Source: Vicinamibacterales bacterium (GTDB lineage Bacteria; Acidobacteriota; Vicinamibacteria; Vicinamibacterales; UBA2999). From it: DNA of 64,000 bases. Numbering within the stretch: position 1 is the first letter of the stretch; each line of letters begins with the position of its first letter. The translations under genes and the position numbers were made by a program. Location of the stretch: the NCBI GenBank assembly GCA_035575715.1, contig DATLXN010000020.1, forward strand, positions 123,573 to 187,572, given 5' to 3'. Positions 47,367-55,001 of the stretch are shown piece after piece. The notes below the pieces were generated by a model that did not search any database, had not been told where the DNA came from, and saw only the letters and a program-made list of their open reading frames with translations.

Positions 47367-47717
47367 TCAATTACGCAAAGTCAGTCCGCGGCCGGCCTTA
47401 CGCGCCTCTTCGTCTTGGTATTCCATCTCCTTGCCGGAACGGGTCTGGACGATCGTCAGCGTGGTGCGGATGATGTCCTTACCAAGTTCGAGCACCGCCG
47501 CCTGTTCTTTGCCGGCGGCGTCCTTGTAGGTCAGCGTCATGAAGTGATTGCGTTTCTTCGAAAACAGCGCCAGCGGGCTGATCATGATCGCCATGCCGAC
47601 GCGGCGGCCGGCCTTCTGGCCGTACTCGATGCCGGTGATCGCCGCGTACGGCACGGTGATGTCGAGCGGGTTCTGATCGCCGAGAAGGTTCCGACCACGA
47701 GGTTCGCGCAGATTCAC
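47367..47717 (-). CDS. hypothetical protein, possibly a 5'-truncated gene remnant
   Basis: GTG start, no signal peptide and no Shine-Dalgarno sequence. It begins abruptly at VNLREPRGRNLLGDQNPLDITVPYAAITGIEYGQK. Its 5' end abuts and overlaps an opposite-strand TPR-like fragment. Confidence 0.35.
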   Translation of the reverse strand: MNLREPRGRNLLGDQNPLDITVPYAAITGIEYGQKAGRRVGMAIMISPLALFSKKRNHFMTLTYKDAAGKEQAAVLELGKDIIRTTLTIVQTRSGKEMEYQDEEARKAGRGLTLRN

Positions 47718-47774
47718 GCACCGCTTGGCGAGGTCGACGAGGCGATGGAATGGCTGGAGCGGGCCTATGCCGAG
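47703..47774 (+). pseudogene. remnant of the C-terminus of a TPR-type protein
   Basis: FAQIHAPLGEVDEAMEWLERAYAE matches the common ..LG..DeAfeWLekAye.. ending of TPR proteins. It has no upstream body and reads straight into the tRNA gene. Confidence 0.3.
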
Positions 47775-47806
47775 GCTGCCGTGCTAAGATTTATGTTCCT
47801 CACCAA

Positions 47807-47882
47807 GCCGGCGTAGCTCAGTTGGTAGAGCAGCTGATTCGTAATCAGCAGGTCAGCGGTTCGAGCCCGCTTGCCGGCTCCA
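47807..47882 (+). tRNA. tRNA-Thr (anticodon CGT)
   Basis: GCCGGCG-TA-GCTC-AGTTGGTA-GAGC-A-GCTGA-TTCGTAA-TCAGC-AGGTC-AGCGG-TTCGAGC-CCGCT-TGCCGGC-T-CCA. This folds into a full cloverleaf with one G-U pair in the acceptor stem, anticodon loop TT-CGT-AA and an encoded CCA. Confidence 0.9.
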
Positions 47883-48148
47883 GTTTTCCTCAAGCAAAGC
47901 GGGTGTCCCCGCCCAATTTCTAACGAACGCTGTGGAACTTTTATTAGCAGCGCTGCGGGGACTTGTGCGGAAAAAGCGAGCGCACGCAAGCCCTAGTAGA
48001 CGGACGCGTTGTTTCGATTTCCCCGCTTCGAGTGCGACCGCAAACTATATTTTTTTCACAGCGGTTTTGCCGTGTCCATGGCTGCTGGGGGTGCTAAGTT
48101 GGGCGGCATCTCGTTGACCTATTGACGTTGTAGAAATGGAGAAACAAA

Positions 48149-48856
48149 GTGCACAAACCCCGTAGAACAATTGCCGCCGTCGCTTTTTGCTTGGTCGCGT
48201 ATCTCGGCGTTGCCGAGATGGCGGGTGTCATCGCGGACGCCCGGCCAGCGTGTGAGCGAGCCGTCGAATTCGTAAGAGTCCATGCGAGCCAATTGCCCAC
48301 TACCCTTGACGGCATTCGCGCGTTTCCGCCAAGCTTTCGGCCCTATCTGTTCGAGCGCCTCACTGATGACCAGAAGAGCGAGTTCTGGCGAACGCATTTG
48401 AGCCGGTATGTCGGTCAGCACCGGAACACGCTCAGCGGAGCGCAGTTGCAGTACCTCGAAGAAAGTTACGCGTATCTAGAACCGACGGTGTTCGCGAACG
48501 TTGAACAGGAACGATCAAATCGCAACCATTTCAAAATGCAAGCGATCGACCTGTTCGGTAAAGGAGGCGCATACGAACTCGGGGTGTATGTTGGCGACCA
48601 GACGGTTGCGGGAGCCAATCTCGTCTCAGCTCAGGCGACCGCCGTGGAGTGGGTTATCGAAACCTCCCGCGAGATCAGCGCACAGTTCGAGACGTTTGCT
48701 ACTACGTGCACCTGCTCGCAGATTGACGATTGGTGTTCACCCTACCCGACCTCTCCCACGATGACCTGTGTCCAGCCCGAGGAGCGTTGCACTATGACGT
48801 CCTCTGGCTGCGGTTGGTGGACAGCGGAGGCATGTACCGGCAACTGCAGACCCTAA
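48149..48856 (+). CDS. fulvocin-C-related bacteriocin precursor-like protein (Cys-rich C-terminal module)
   Basis: N-terminal hydrophobic segment and about 185 aa of helical region. The C-terminus is TCTCSQIDDWCSPYPTSPTMTCVQPEERCTMTSSGCGWWTAEACTGNCRP with 8 Cys. The pattern CxC..D(W/Y)C...C...C..GCG(W)W..C..C matches fulvocin C as I recall it (ANCSCSTASDYC..TGCGTGWVYCAC). GGAG lies 7 nt before GTG 48149. Confidence 0.6.
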   Translation: MHKPRRTIAAVAFCLVAYLGVAEMAGVIADARPACERAVEFVRVHASQLPTTLDGIRAFPPSFRPYLFERLTDDQKSEFWRTHLSRYVGQHRNTLSGAQLQYLEESYAYLEPTVFANVEQERSNRNHFKMQAIDLFGKGGAYELGVYVGDQTVAGANLVSAQATAVEWVIETSREISAQFETFATTCTCSQIDDWCSPYPTSPTMTCVQPEERCTMTSSGCGWWTAEACTGNCRP

Positions 48857-49003
48857 GAACCCACCGTCTCGATACGGAGAGCCGGGCAGCCATGTGTGCC
48901 GCTTCACAACAGGAACGCATGCTGCCTCGGCTCTTCGCGCTACCGTTCGGTTAGAAGCGTCGTTCCGCCTTATTAACGTATCATTCACTACAGGAGAACG
49001 TCC

Positions 49004-49561
49004 ATGAGCCCAAACGGCAAGTTACGCGACATTAACGACCGAGCCGTCGTCCAAGCTGGAGTTTGGAGGGCGTTCGTTGTTATGACATTGATTTTCAGCT
49101 CGATTGCATTGCTCTTGTATTGGGGCCGGCTGGCACTGGCTCTAGAAGTAGACGGTGCCGCGGGCGCCTTGCGGGCAATCGCTCTGTACCTGCCTGGCAC
49201 GATTGCGATCTCTATGCCGGTCGCGCTGTTCCTGCTCGGCATCGCATCGAACGGGATGTCAGTGGCGGCAAGCCTTCGCGTCGGCCTGCTGGCCGCCATC
49301 CTTAATGTGTTCTTGCTCGGATGGATTGTGCCCGCGTCGAACGCCGCGACGCTGTCGTTTCTGGGCTCAAGTGTGCGGGATGTACGTGAACTGTCCGTTA
49401 TGTCACTTATTCAGTCAGACTTTCCCCGCGCCGCGTCCGAGTTAGTGACCAGAGGTGTAATTGTCTTTGCGTCACTGCTTGCAGCGGTTGCTGGCGTAGC
49501 GGCTCGCAAGCAAATATCGCGACTGGTTACTGGTGGCGCTGCATTCGAGCCCACGCCGTAA
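49004..49561 (+). CDS. polytopic membrane protein (candidate immunity/export partner of the bacteriocin-like gene)
   Basis: 4-5 predicted TM segments, for example VWRAFVVMTLIFSSIALLLYW, AIALYLPGTIAISMPVALFLLGI, LLAAILNVFLLGWIV and VIVFASLLAAVAGVAA. CAGGAG lies upstream. The functional assignment is inference only. Confidence 0.45.
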   Translation: MSPNGKLRDINDRAVVQAGVWRAFVVMTLIFSSIALLLYWGRLALALEVDGAAGALRAIALYLPGTIAISMPVALFLLGIASNGMSVAASLRVGLLAAILNVFLLGWIVPASNAATLSFLGSSVRDVRELSVMSLIQSDFPRAASELVTRGVIVFASLLAAVAGVAARKQISRLVTGGAAFEPTP

Positions 49562-49670
49562 GAATCTCTCGCGACCGTCAGCAATAAGAAGCGCTGAACG
49601 ACCCCGGCCACCCGTCTCTCGGGCCGAGTGGATCGAGTTCTAGCGACCGGCGCCCAGCTGCGTCAGCGCA

Positions 49671-49895
49671 TCAACGGCCCATCCGCTGAATCTCGGCTTC
49701 CTTGACCACCCACGTCCTCGAGCAGCACTTACAGAGATAGACCCACACGCGATACGGGGCCGCGCCGTTGTACGCGAGCAGCTCCGGCCGTTGGGCGGAG
49801 TCGCAATTCGGGCAGTCGGGTTTATCCATACGGTCACAGTTCTGCAGCCACTCGAGGAGCGCGCGCTCGAGCGCCGCGGTCCCGCCCGTGCACAT
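49671..49895 (-). CDS. small zinc-ribbon protein (phage)
   Basis: CPNC-x24-CKCC in MCTGGTAALERALLEWLQNCDRMDKPDCPNCDS..RVWVYLCKCCSRTW. The start directly abuts the upstream stop. Confidence 0.5.
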   Translation of the reverse strand: MCTGGTAALERALLEWLQNCDRMDKPDCPNCDSAQRPELLAYNGAAPYRVWVYLCKCCSRTWVVKEAEIQRMGR

Positions 49896-50135
49896 CTACC
49901 GGCTCCATGCGACGGTGGCATGCCATCGAAGGCCCTTCTCCCGGCGGCGTTTCTCCAGCTCCGTCGACAGTTGCCACTGACCTTGCGCGTCCAGGGCGGC
50001 GGTGCCGGCCACGCGCACGCCGCGCTCGTCGACGGTGGCGATCACGGCGACGCTCTTTCCTTTCGGAAGCGCCGCCAAATCGCGGTCGATTTGATCGAGT
50101 CCGGATTTCAGAATGCCAGGCGCTTGTTCGTTCAT
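49896..50135 (-). CDS. small hypothetical phage protein (79 aa)
   Basis: MNEQAPGILKSGLDQIDRDLAALPKGKSVAVIATVDERGVRVAGTAALDAQGQWQLSTELEKRR... ATG 50135 forms an ATGA overlap with the upstream stop. The longer track ORF (to 50285) is Arg-rich shadow sequence. Confidence 0.45.
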   Translation of the reverse strand: MNEQAPGILKSGLDQIDRDLAALPKGKSVAVIATVDERGVRVAGTAALDAQGQWQLSTELEKRRREKGLRWHATVAWSR

Positions 50136-50662
50136 GCGGCCTCCGGGCGATCGTTGATGTCCCACACCCGGGTGAAGGCGCCCGACTTCGCGAATTCGCC
50201 TGGTGCGACTGAGTCGGCGTCGGTGTCTTTCGTGAATGGCTCGACGCCGCCGGCGCGCATGAAACGCACGGCGAACTCGGAACAAAACATCTTCCAGTTC
50301 TCCGCGCCCTGGCGCTTCGCGTTGAAGAACGCAAACAGGCCGATCCAGTCATAGGGCTGACCTTGCACGGTGCGAAACCACGCCCGGGCCGCTTCGATAT
50401 TGAAGCCGTCGCGCGGTCGGAGCACCCGGGCAAGGTTCAGCGCCCGGTAGTCGTAGCGATCGACGCCGAGACCATCCCGGGACGCAACGGACTTGCCGGC
50501 GCCGTCGTACACCTCGATGTGATTGATCCGGCTGAAGGTCTTGATCTGAATCGCCCGGGCGATAAAGCCCTTTCCGGAATAGAGCAGAACATCGCCAGCG
50601 CGTAGCCGGTTTTGACGTACGTCGCTTGGTGATCCGTTGGTAAAATCCATAGTTAATGACAC
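50132..50662 (-). CDS. permuted-papain-fold (NlpC/P60 / YiiX-like) cell-wall peptidase
   Basis: LRAGDVLLYSGKGFIARAIQIKTFSRINHIEVY plus a Cys block MFCSEFAVRF. This is the arrangement typical of permuted NlpC/P60 amidases found in phage lysis regions. Confidence 0.6.
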   Translation of the reverse strand: MSLTMDFTNGSPSDVRQNRLRAGDVLLYSGKGFIARAIQIKTFSRINHIEVYDGAGKSVASRDGLGVDRYDYRALNLARVLRPRDGFNIEAARAWFRTVQGQPYDWIGLFAFFNAKRQGAENWKMFCSEFAVRFMRAGGVEPFTKDTDADSVAPGEFAKSGAFTRVWDINDRPEAA

Positions 50663-51537
50663 CCCTGCAAGACACGGCTACGGGCCGATTCGTCGCAATA
50701 CCAGTTGCCAAGAGGTTCTGGAGCAGAGTCAGAAAAACGTCTGTTGGTTGCTGGATCTGGCTCGGACAGATCGACCGCGGCGGTTACGGGATCGTGAAGC
50801 ACGACGGCAAGTCCAGAAAAGCGCATCGCATTGCGTGGTCGCTGGTCAACGGCGAGATACCTGCTGGTTTTCAGGTGTGCCATCGCTGTGACAACCGCAG
50901 GTGTGTGCGTCCGGATCATCTGTTTGTCGAAACGTCTCTCGGTAACCGACGCGACGCCGTCGAAAAAGGGCGCCAAGCCAGAGGCGAGACAATCACCATC
51001 GCGAAGCTGACTCCGTCGCTCGTTCGAGAGGCACGCTAGCTGTACGAAGGTGGCTATACGAACATCACGGGATTGGGTAGGCGCTTCGGTGTCACCTACA
51101 GGGCGATGTTCCTGATCGTGACCAGGGCCACCTGGAAGCACATCTGAGACGTCGCCCTTCTTCCCAACCACGGTGATCGACTCGGCGGGGTGGATTTCAG
51201 CCCACCCGCCGTGACCGCGGTCGATCCGGCTGATGCCGCACGCCTTGACGACTTGGCCGACGCGCGGGGCCTCGAGAGGAATGAGCGGGATAATCTCGAC
51301 GACGACCTTGTGCTCGACGCCCTTGACCGTCTTCGCGATCGTGAGATGCCAGTCGCCGTCCTGTTGCTTGCGCCGGTAGACCACCGTCGCCGTCACGCAG
51401 ACGTGCGTGCGACTCGTCGTCGCCATCTTCTCGATGGGCACCGTGTGGTAGGTGCGGCCCGCGATGAGCGCCAGCAACAACGCGAGGATCACTTCGGGAG
51501 ATCCCTTTGTGCGACGTAATCGAAACAGCGGCCGCAT
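50653..51537 (-). CDS. membrane-anchored phage protein; only the first 130 aa or so look genuine and the 3' end is undefined
   Basis: MRPLFRLRRTKGSPEVILALLLALIAGRTYH..DGDWHLTIAKTVKGVEHKVVVEIIPLIPLEAPRVGQVVKACGISRIDRGHGGWAEIHPAESITVVG looks protein-like. The frame then stays open through the antisense of the HNH gene down to 50653. Confidence 0.35.
   Translation of the reverse strand: MRPLFRLRRTKGSPEVILALLLALIAGRTYHTVPIEKMATTSRTHVCVTATVVYRRKQQDGDWHLTIAKTVKGVEHKVVVEIIPLIPLEAPRVGQVVKACGISRIDRGHGGWAEIHPAESITVVGKKGDVSDVLPGGPGHDQEHRPVGDTEAPTQSRDVRIATFVQLACLSNERRSQLRDGDCLASGLAPFFDGVASVTERRFDKQMIRTHTPAVVTAMAHLKTSRYLAVDQRPRNAMRFSGLAVVLHDPVTAAVDLSEPDPATNRRFSDSAPEPLGNWYCDESARSRVLQGCH
50656..51039 (+). 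CDS. HNH homing-type endonuclease
   Basis: CWIWLGQIDRGGYGIVKHDGKSRKAHRIAWSLVNGEIPAGFQVCHRCDNRRCVRPDHLFVETSLGNRRD is a canonical HNH_3 pattern. It is the only plus-strand gene inside the phage string. Confidence 0.85.
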   Translation: MTPLQDTATGRFVAIPVAKRFWSRVRKTSVGCWIWLGQIDRGGYGIVKHDGKSRKAHRIAWSLVNGEIPAGFQVCHRCDNRRCVRPDHLFVETSLGNRRDAVEKGRQARGETITIAKLTPSLVREAR

Positions 51538-51634
51538 TCGAACGCGACGCGCGGGTGTGACGACTTCTGCGGATCGTGACCGAGCAGCTTGCAGCGCATC
51601 CGCTGCCACCAGGTGCTCCCGCCATCGGACCACT

Positions 51635-52756
51635 TCATCGCTTGGGCCTCAATGTCAGCGTGCCCGAGAACTTCGCCGGCCCCGAGTAGGTCGGCGGATT
51701 CTCCAGGGCCTGGCGCGCGAGATCGACGGCGGTGAGCACATCCTCGATGCGGTTGCGCGTGTCCTGTTGGGTACCGGCCGCTGCCGCGGCGCTCTGTGCC
51801 GCCATTTCGGCCGTCGCCACCGCGTCACGTAACGCCAGATCCTGTCGGTCCATCTTCTGATGCAGCTCGGTGACTAACGTGCGCAGTTGCGCGATGGCCT
51901 GGAGCACGTCGCCGTGCGCGGTCGCAGGCGGCACCGGTGTCGGGATTGGCAATGGCGGTACCGGCACGGGAGAAGGGCCTGACGGCACGTCCCCTACGTG
52001 ATTCACCGGTGCGACAGGAATAAAGTGCTGGCCGGTCAAATTGAACAGCGGCGGATTGCGCGCGGGCGGGACGATCCGGTAGCCCACTAGTGAGCCATTG
52101 AGTTGCCGTGCGAGGACATCGTGACTCGCCGGCCGAGACGGATCGGCGCTCTTCATCCCCCAGCCTTCGCCAGGAAATGAGAACGCGAACTGCTCGGCTG
52201 CGCGGCGGGTGCTCAATCCGTTGTGATTGACGCCTTGCGCGGCGAGTCGCATCAGGACGTCGCTATGTCGCGCCTCCCATCCGGCGCTCGGAAACGGTGC
52301 CGGCCCGGGCCCGCCGGCGCCGCTCGATGGCTGCACGCTGAACGGATCGACCCACGCGCCGCGATCGCCAGGGCCGCCTGGTCCTGGACTCCAGACCACG
52401 CGCTGACCGGGTGCGCCGCAGCCACCGCAGATATCGACGATCTCCATCGGCGCGTTGCCGCGGGTGACGTCGACCGCGGTCCCACCGTCGCGAAACGCTA
52501 GGATGTCTTGGCTGAGGTCACGCGGGTTTCCCCGCTTGCCGTTGACACCCCACCCGTCGCCGAGATCGCGCGCGCAGAGGATGACAAAGTCGGTCGAGCA
52601 GGGTCGTCCGGAATGCGCGCAGGCGAAGGCCTCGGGATACTTTGCGGCGCAGGCGTGGACATCCGATTCGCGGTTCGGCACCTGCGCCCAGGCGAGCGAC
52701 GACGAGGCCGCGAACGCAAACACCAGTAACGCCAATTGAGCGGTTTTCTTCATCAT
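51635..52756 (-). CDS. secreted phage-region protein: duplicated Cys/GWG module, Pro-rich linker, coiled-coil tail (function unknown)
   Basis: Signal peptide MMKKTAQLALLVFAFAASSSLAWAQ (ATG 52756, GGAAAGGAA upstream). DLGDGWGVNGKRGNPRDLSQDILAF echoes FPGEGWGMKSADPSRPASHDVLARQ. These are followed by VPSGPSPVPVPPLPIPTPVPP and a helical C-terminus. Confidence 0.55.
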   Translation of the reverse strand: MMKKTAQLALLVFAFAASSSLAWAQVPNRESDVHACAAKYPEAFACAHSGRPCSTDFVILCARDLGDGWGVNGKRGNPRDLSQDILAFRDGGTAVDVTRGNAPMEIVDICGGCGAPGQRVVWSPGPGGPGDRGAWVDPFSVQPSSGAGGPGPAPFPSAGWEARHSDVLMRLAAQGVNHNGLSTRRAAEQFAFSFPGEGWGMKSADPSRPASHDVLARQLNGSLVGYRIVPPARNPPLFNLTGQHFIPVAPVNHVGDVPSGPSPVPVPPLPIPTPVPPATAHGDVLQAIAQLRTLVTELHQKMDRQDLALRDAVATAEMAAQSAAAAAGTQQDTRNRIEDVLTAVDLARQALENPPTYSGPAKFSGTLTLRPKR

Positions 52757-53250
52757 TAATTCCTTTCCATGATTGGTGAGTCGACGACTTGCCACGCCGA
52801 CTGGAAATGGTCGCGCCACGTGGTTTCGTGTGGCCTCCCCGGCCTCCAGGTGCGCAGGTAGAGCGCCCATCCCGCCGCCGGGTCATCCGCGCCGGGCAAT
52901 GGCGCGGGGTCCGTCCACAGCAGGCACCGCGCGAACGCGCTGGCCAGCACGTCGTTGTGCTCGATCGCGCTGAAACACGCATCGAGAAACACCGGGTAGC
53001 AAAGCGCCTGCAGCGCGGCACCGATGATCGGCCGGGTCGTGGGATGCACAATGACGCCAGCCGTCCCGCCGTTGCGCTCGAACTGGTAGAGACCGCGCGC
53101 CGGTCCGCCGCCCATCTGCCGCCGATGGCGACATCGCGATTCCTGCAGCGCGATAGCCAGCAGCATCGCCGTCGCGCGCGGGGACGCCATCGCTGGCGGC
53201 AACACGGCATAGGCAGCCGGAATCGCGAATTGGTGGAGGTGAGTCAACAT
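52756..53250 (-). CDS. lysozyme-like / SLT-type lytic transglycosylase-like protein
   Basis: LLAIALQESRCRHRRQMGGGPARGLYQFE carries the catalytic-Glu (QES) and GL.Q blocks expected of goose-type/SLT folds. The stop overlaps the next start as TAATG. Confidence 0.5.
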   Translation of the reverse strand: MLTHLHQFAIPAAYAVLPPAMASPRATAMLLAIALQESRCRHRRQMGGGPARGLYQFERNGGTAGVIVHPTTRPIIGAALQALCYPVFLDACFSAIEHNDVLASAFARCLLWTDPAPLPGADDPAAGWALYLRTWRPGRPHETTWRDHFQSAWQVVDSPIMERN

Positions 53251-53263
53251 GGTTGTCTCCGCT

Positions 53264-53800
53264 TTACGGAATGCGAACGGGGACCTGCCCCGTCGCGGCT
53301 TTCACGGCGAAATCGATATCGGCTTGCAGGTAGGCCACACTCGGGAAGGTGTGCTTGAACGCTGCGAGGTAGGTCGCCGCTGGCCGCTTCGACGAGTAGC
53401 CATAGTGCGCGGCGATCCCCACGCCGACGAGTTCAGCGAACACCTGACCGGTGGCGCGGTCGAGGGCTGGTGGGCCGAACAGGTGCCCGAGCTCGTGGGC
53501 TAATACCTCGAACGTCGCATTCACCGGCATCGGTGTGCGCAATTCGATCTGATGCGCCACGCTGTCAATGCGTCCAAAGATCGGGTGCCCTGACGGCAGC
53601 GCCAACCCTTCGACATAGGTCACTTCGAAGCCCCACGACCGCACGCGCGTCAGCAGTTCATCAAGCGCGCGCTGCATCGAGTCGCCCTCGGTCGGCTCGT
53701 ACGTCGCTTGATGGTGGGGGATCTTGCTCGCCATCTCGATTACAGAGGGCGCACAGCCGACGTTGGCGGTGAGTAGCGCAATCAGGAGCACGCGGGTCAT
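53264..53800 (-). CDS. lipoprotein with HExxH zinc-metallopeptidase motif
   Basis: Lipobox LLTANVGC in MTRVLLIALLTANVGCAPS and the motif FEVLAHELGHLFG. GGAAAGGA lies upstream of the ATG. Confidence 0.55.
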   Translation of the reverse strand: MTRVLLIALLTANVGCAPSVIEMASKIPHHQATYEPTEGDSMQRALDELLTRVRSWGFEVTYVEGLALPSGHPIFGRIDSVAHQIELRTPMPVNATFEVLAHELGHLFGPPALDRATGQVFAELVGVGIAAHYGYSSKRPAATYLAAFKHTFPSVAYLQADIDFAVKAATGQVPVRIP

Positions 53801-53831
53801 GGCGAATATCCTTTCCAGTCCGAGTTCGTGG

Positions 53832-53885
53832 CCAACAACAACAACGGCCCCGCAGACGCGCAGTGGTTGCGCGAACTACGGGGCC
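53832..53885 (-). terminator. hairpin plus U-rich-like tail after the PAS gene
   Basis: On the minus strand, cggccccg...cggggccg (53885-53846, with an inner stem cgcgca/tgcgcg) is followed by ttgttgttgttgg. The outer ccaacaacaa/ttgttgttgg arms can extend the stem. Confidence 0.4.
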
Positions 53886-53997
53886 GCTTCAGGTCCCGAT
53901 CGCTTTTGTTGTTGGTCTCAGCGCGCCAAAGCGGAGCGCGTGTCATCCGCCGGCGGGTGGCCACCACACCGGCGAACTAGCTGAGACAACCTCGTTG

Positions 53998-54645
53998 TTA
54001 GTTCATCGTTCTCGCCTCGCGCATTTCGACGGCGCCGAGCCAGCCGGCCACGTCGCCGGTGTCGTCGCGCATCGGATCGGCGCTGAGCCGCACGCGGATC
54101 TCGTGGCCCTCTTTCCTTTCATCGCCGGACGCGCCGTAGCAGAACGTCATCTCGGTGCTGAAGATGCGCTTGTCTTTGACCGCACGGAACCAGCCGTCGG
54201 CTACGCGGTCGCGATCGGACTCTTTCACCGCCGTCAGCCAGCCGCGGCCAATCAGGTCCGCTTTCGAATAGCCAATGAGCCACTGAAAGGACCGGTTGGT
54301 GTAAACCAGTTCCCCGTTGCTGTCCGTAAAAAACATCGGATGATCAAGAACGTTGATGATCGCGGTGTGTGTCGCCAGCGTGCGATTGACTTTTGGATCG
54401 ATGCGATTGATGGCATCGCGCAGACTTTTCCCGCCGTTGCTTTCGAGCTGTTGCTCGATCTTGAACAGACGCCCGGAGTTCACCTCGTGGCGCGCGTTCA
54501 GCACTTCGATCTGACCCAAGCCGACGTTGATCGCCGTGACAAACGTGGAGCCGCGCCGATGCCACCCGCGCACAAACTTAAAGGCGTGGTAGAAGGCCGG
54601 CGGGCCACCTATTAACGCGAACCACGGAGCGAACTGCTCGATCAT
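53998..54645 (-). CDS. PAS-domain protein with hydrophobic N-terminus, encoded in the phage fibre operon
   Basis: HPMFFTDSNGELVYTNRSFQWLIGYSKADLIGRGWLTAVKESDRDRVADGWFRAVKDKRIFSTEMTF..RVRLSADPMRDDTGDVAGWLGAV fits the PAS fold consensus. The start forms an ATGA overlap with the upstream stop. Confidence 0.7.
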   Translation of the reverse strand: MIEQFAPWFALIGGPPAFYHAFKFVRGWHRRGSTFVTAINVGLGQIEVLNARHEVNSGRLFKIEQQLESNGGKSLRDAINRIDPKVNRTLATHTAIINVLDHPMFFTDSNGELVYTNRSFQWLIGYSKADLIGRGWLTAVKESDRDRVADGWFRAVKDKRIFSTEMTFCYGASGDERKEGHEIRVRLSADPMRDDTGDVAGWLGAVEMREARTMN

Positions 54646-55001
54646 GAGCTCGCCATCGCCTTTCGGTAGGCAATCGCCTTGTTCAGCAGTTGTTGACGTT
54701 CGAGCGCGGACGGCGCCGCGCCGGTGGCCTGGTGCACGGTCGCGTAGGCGATGGCCAGCAGCGCTTTCACGTCCACGTCGGCCGACGCGTGGAGATCACC
54801 TTCAACCGCGGCGTACTCCGTCAACCACAGCGCGATGTCGCCGGCCGACGGCTGCGGGATCTCGGGCGAATGCCACTGCAGCCCGGCGCAGGCATCGCCG
54901 TTGGCCGCGGTGTATGGCTGGACCTGGTCACCGGCGAGCGCGAACGCCGCACCGGGCCGCTTCCAATGAATGACTCGAACGATCCGTTCGTGTGGCGTCA
55001 T
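54642..55001 (-). CDS. small fibre-associated phage protein (XkdW-like pattern, weak)
   Basis: MTPHERIVRVIHWKRPG..LQWHSPEIPQPSAGDIALWLTEY.. There are ATGA overlaps with both the upstream (fibre) and downstream (PAS) genes. Confidence 0.45.
   Translation of the reverse strand: MTPHERIVRVIHWKRPGAAFALAGDQVQPYTAANGDACAGLQWHSPEIPQPSAGDIALWLTEYAAVEGDLHASADVDVKALLAIAYATVHQATGAAPSALERQQLLNKAIAYRKAMASS

Noticed and set aside
47883-48148. 266-nt non-coding stretch after the tRNA, examined for an ncRNA, a partial tRNA copy or sigma70-type promoter boxes
   Set aside because: Only a weak distant stem (gtccccgc..gcggggac) and TTGAC-like hexamers without a properly spaced -10 were seen. Nothing there can be supported by eye.
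49899-49907. 9-nt match (ccggctcca) to the 3' end of tRNA-Thr as a possible att repeat delimiting the bacteriocin islet
   Set aside because: A 9-mer match is expected by chance in 64 kb on two strands. It lies inside a coding region, and the flanking bases do not extend the match.
50135-50285. Longer 129-aa version of the ORF 49896-50285
   Set aside because: The upstream 50 codons are Arg-rich shadow of the NlpC/P60-like gene. The internal ATG at 50135 gives an ATGA coupling with that gene's stop.
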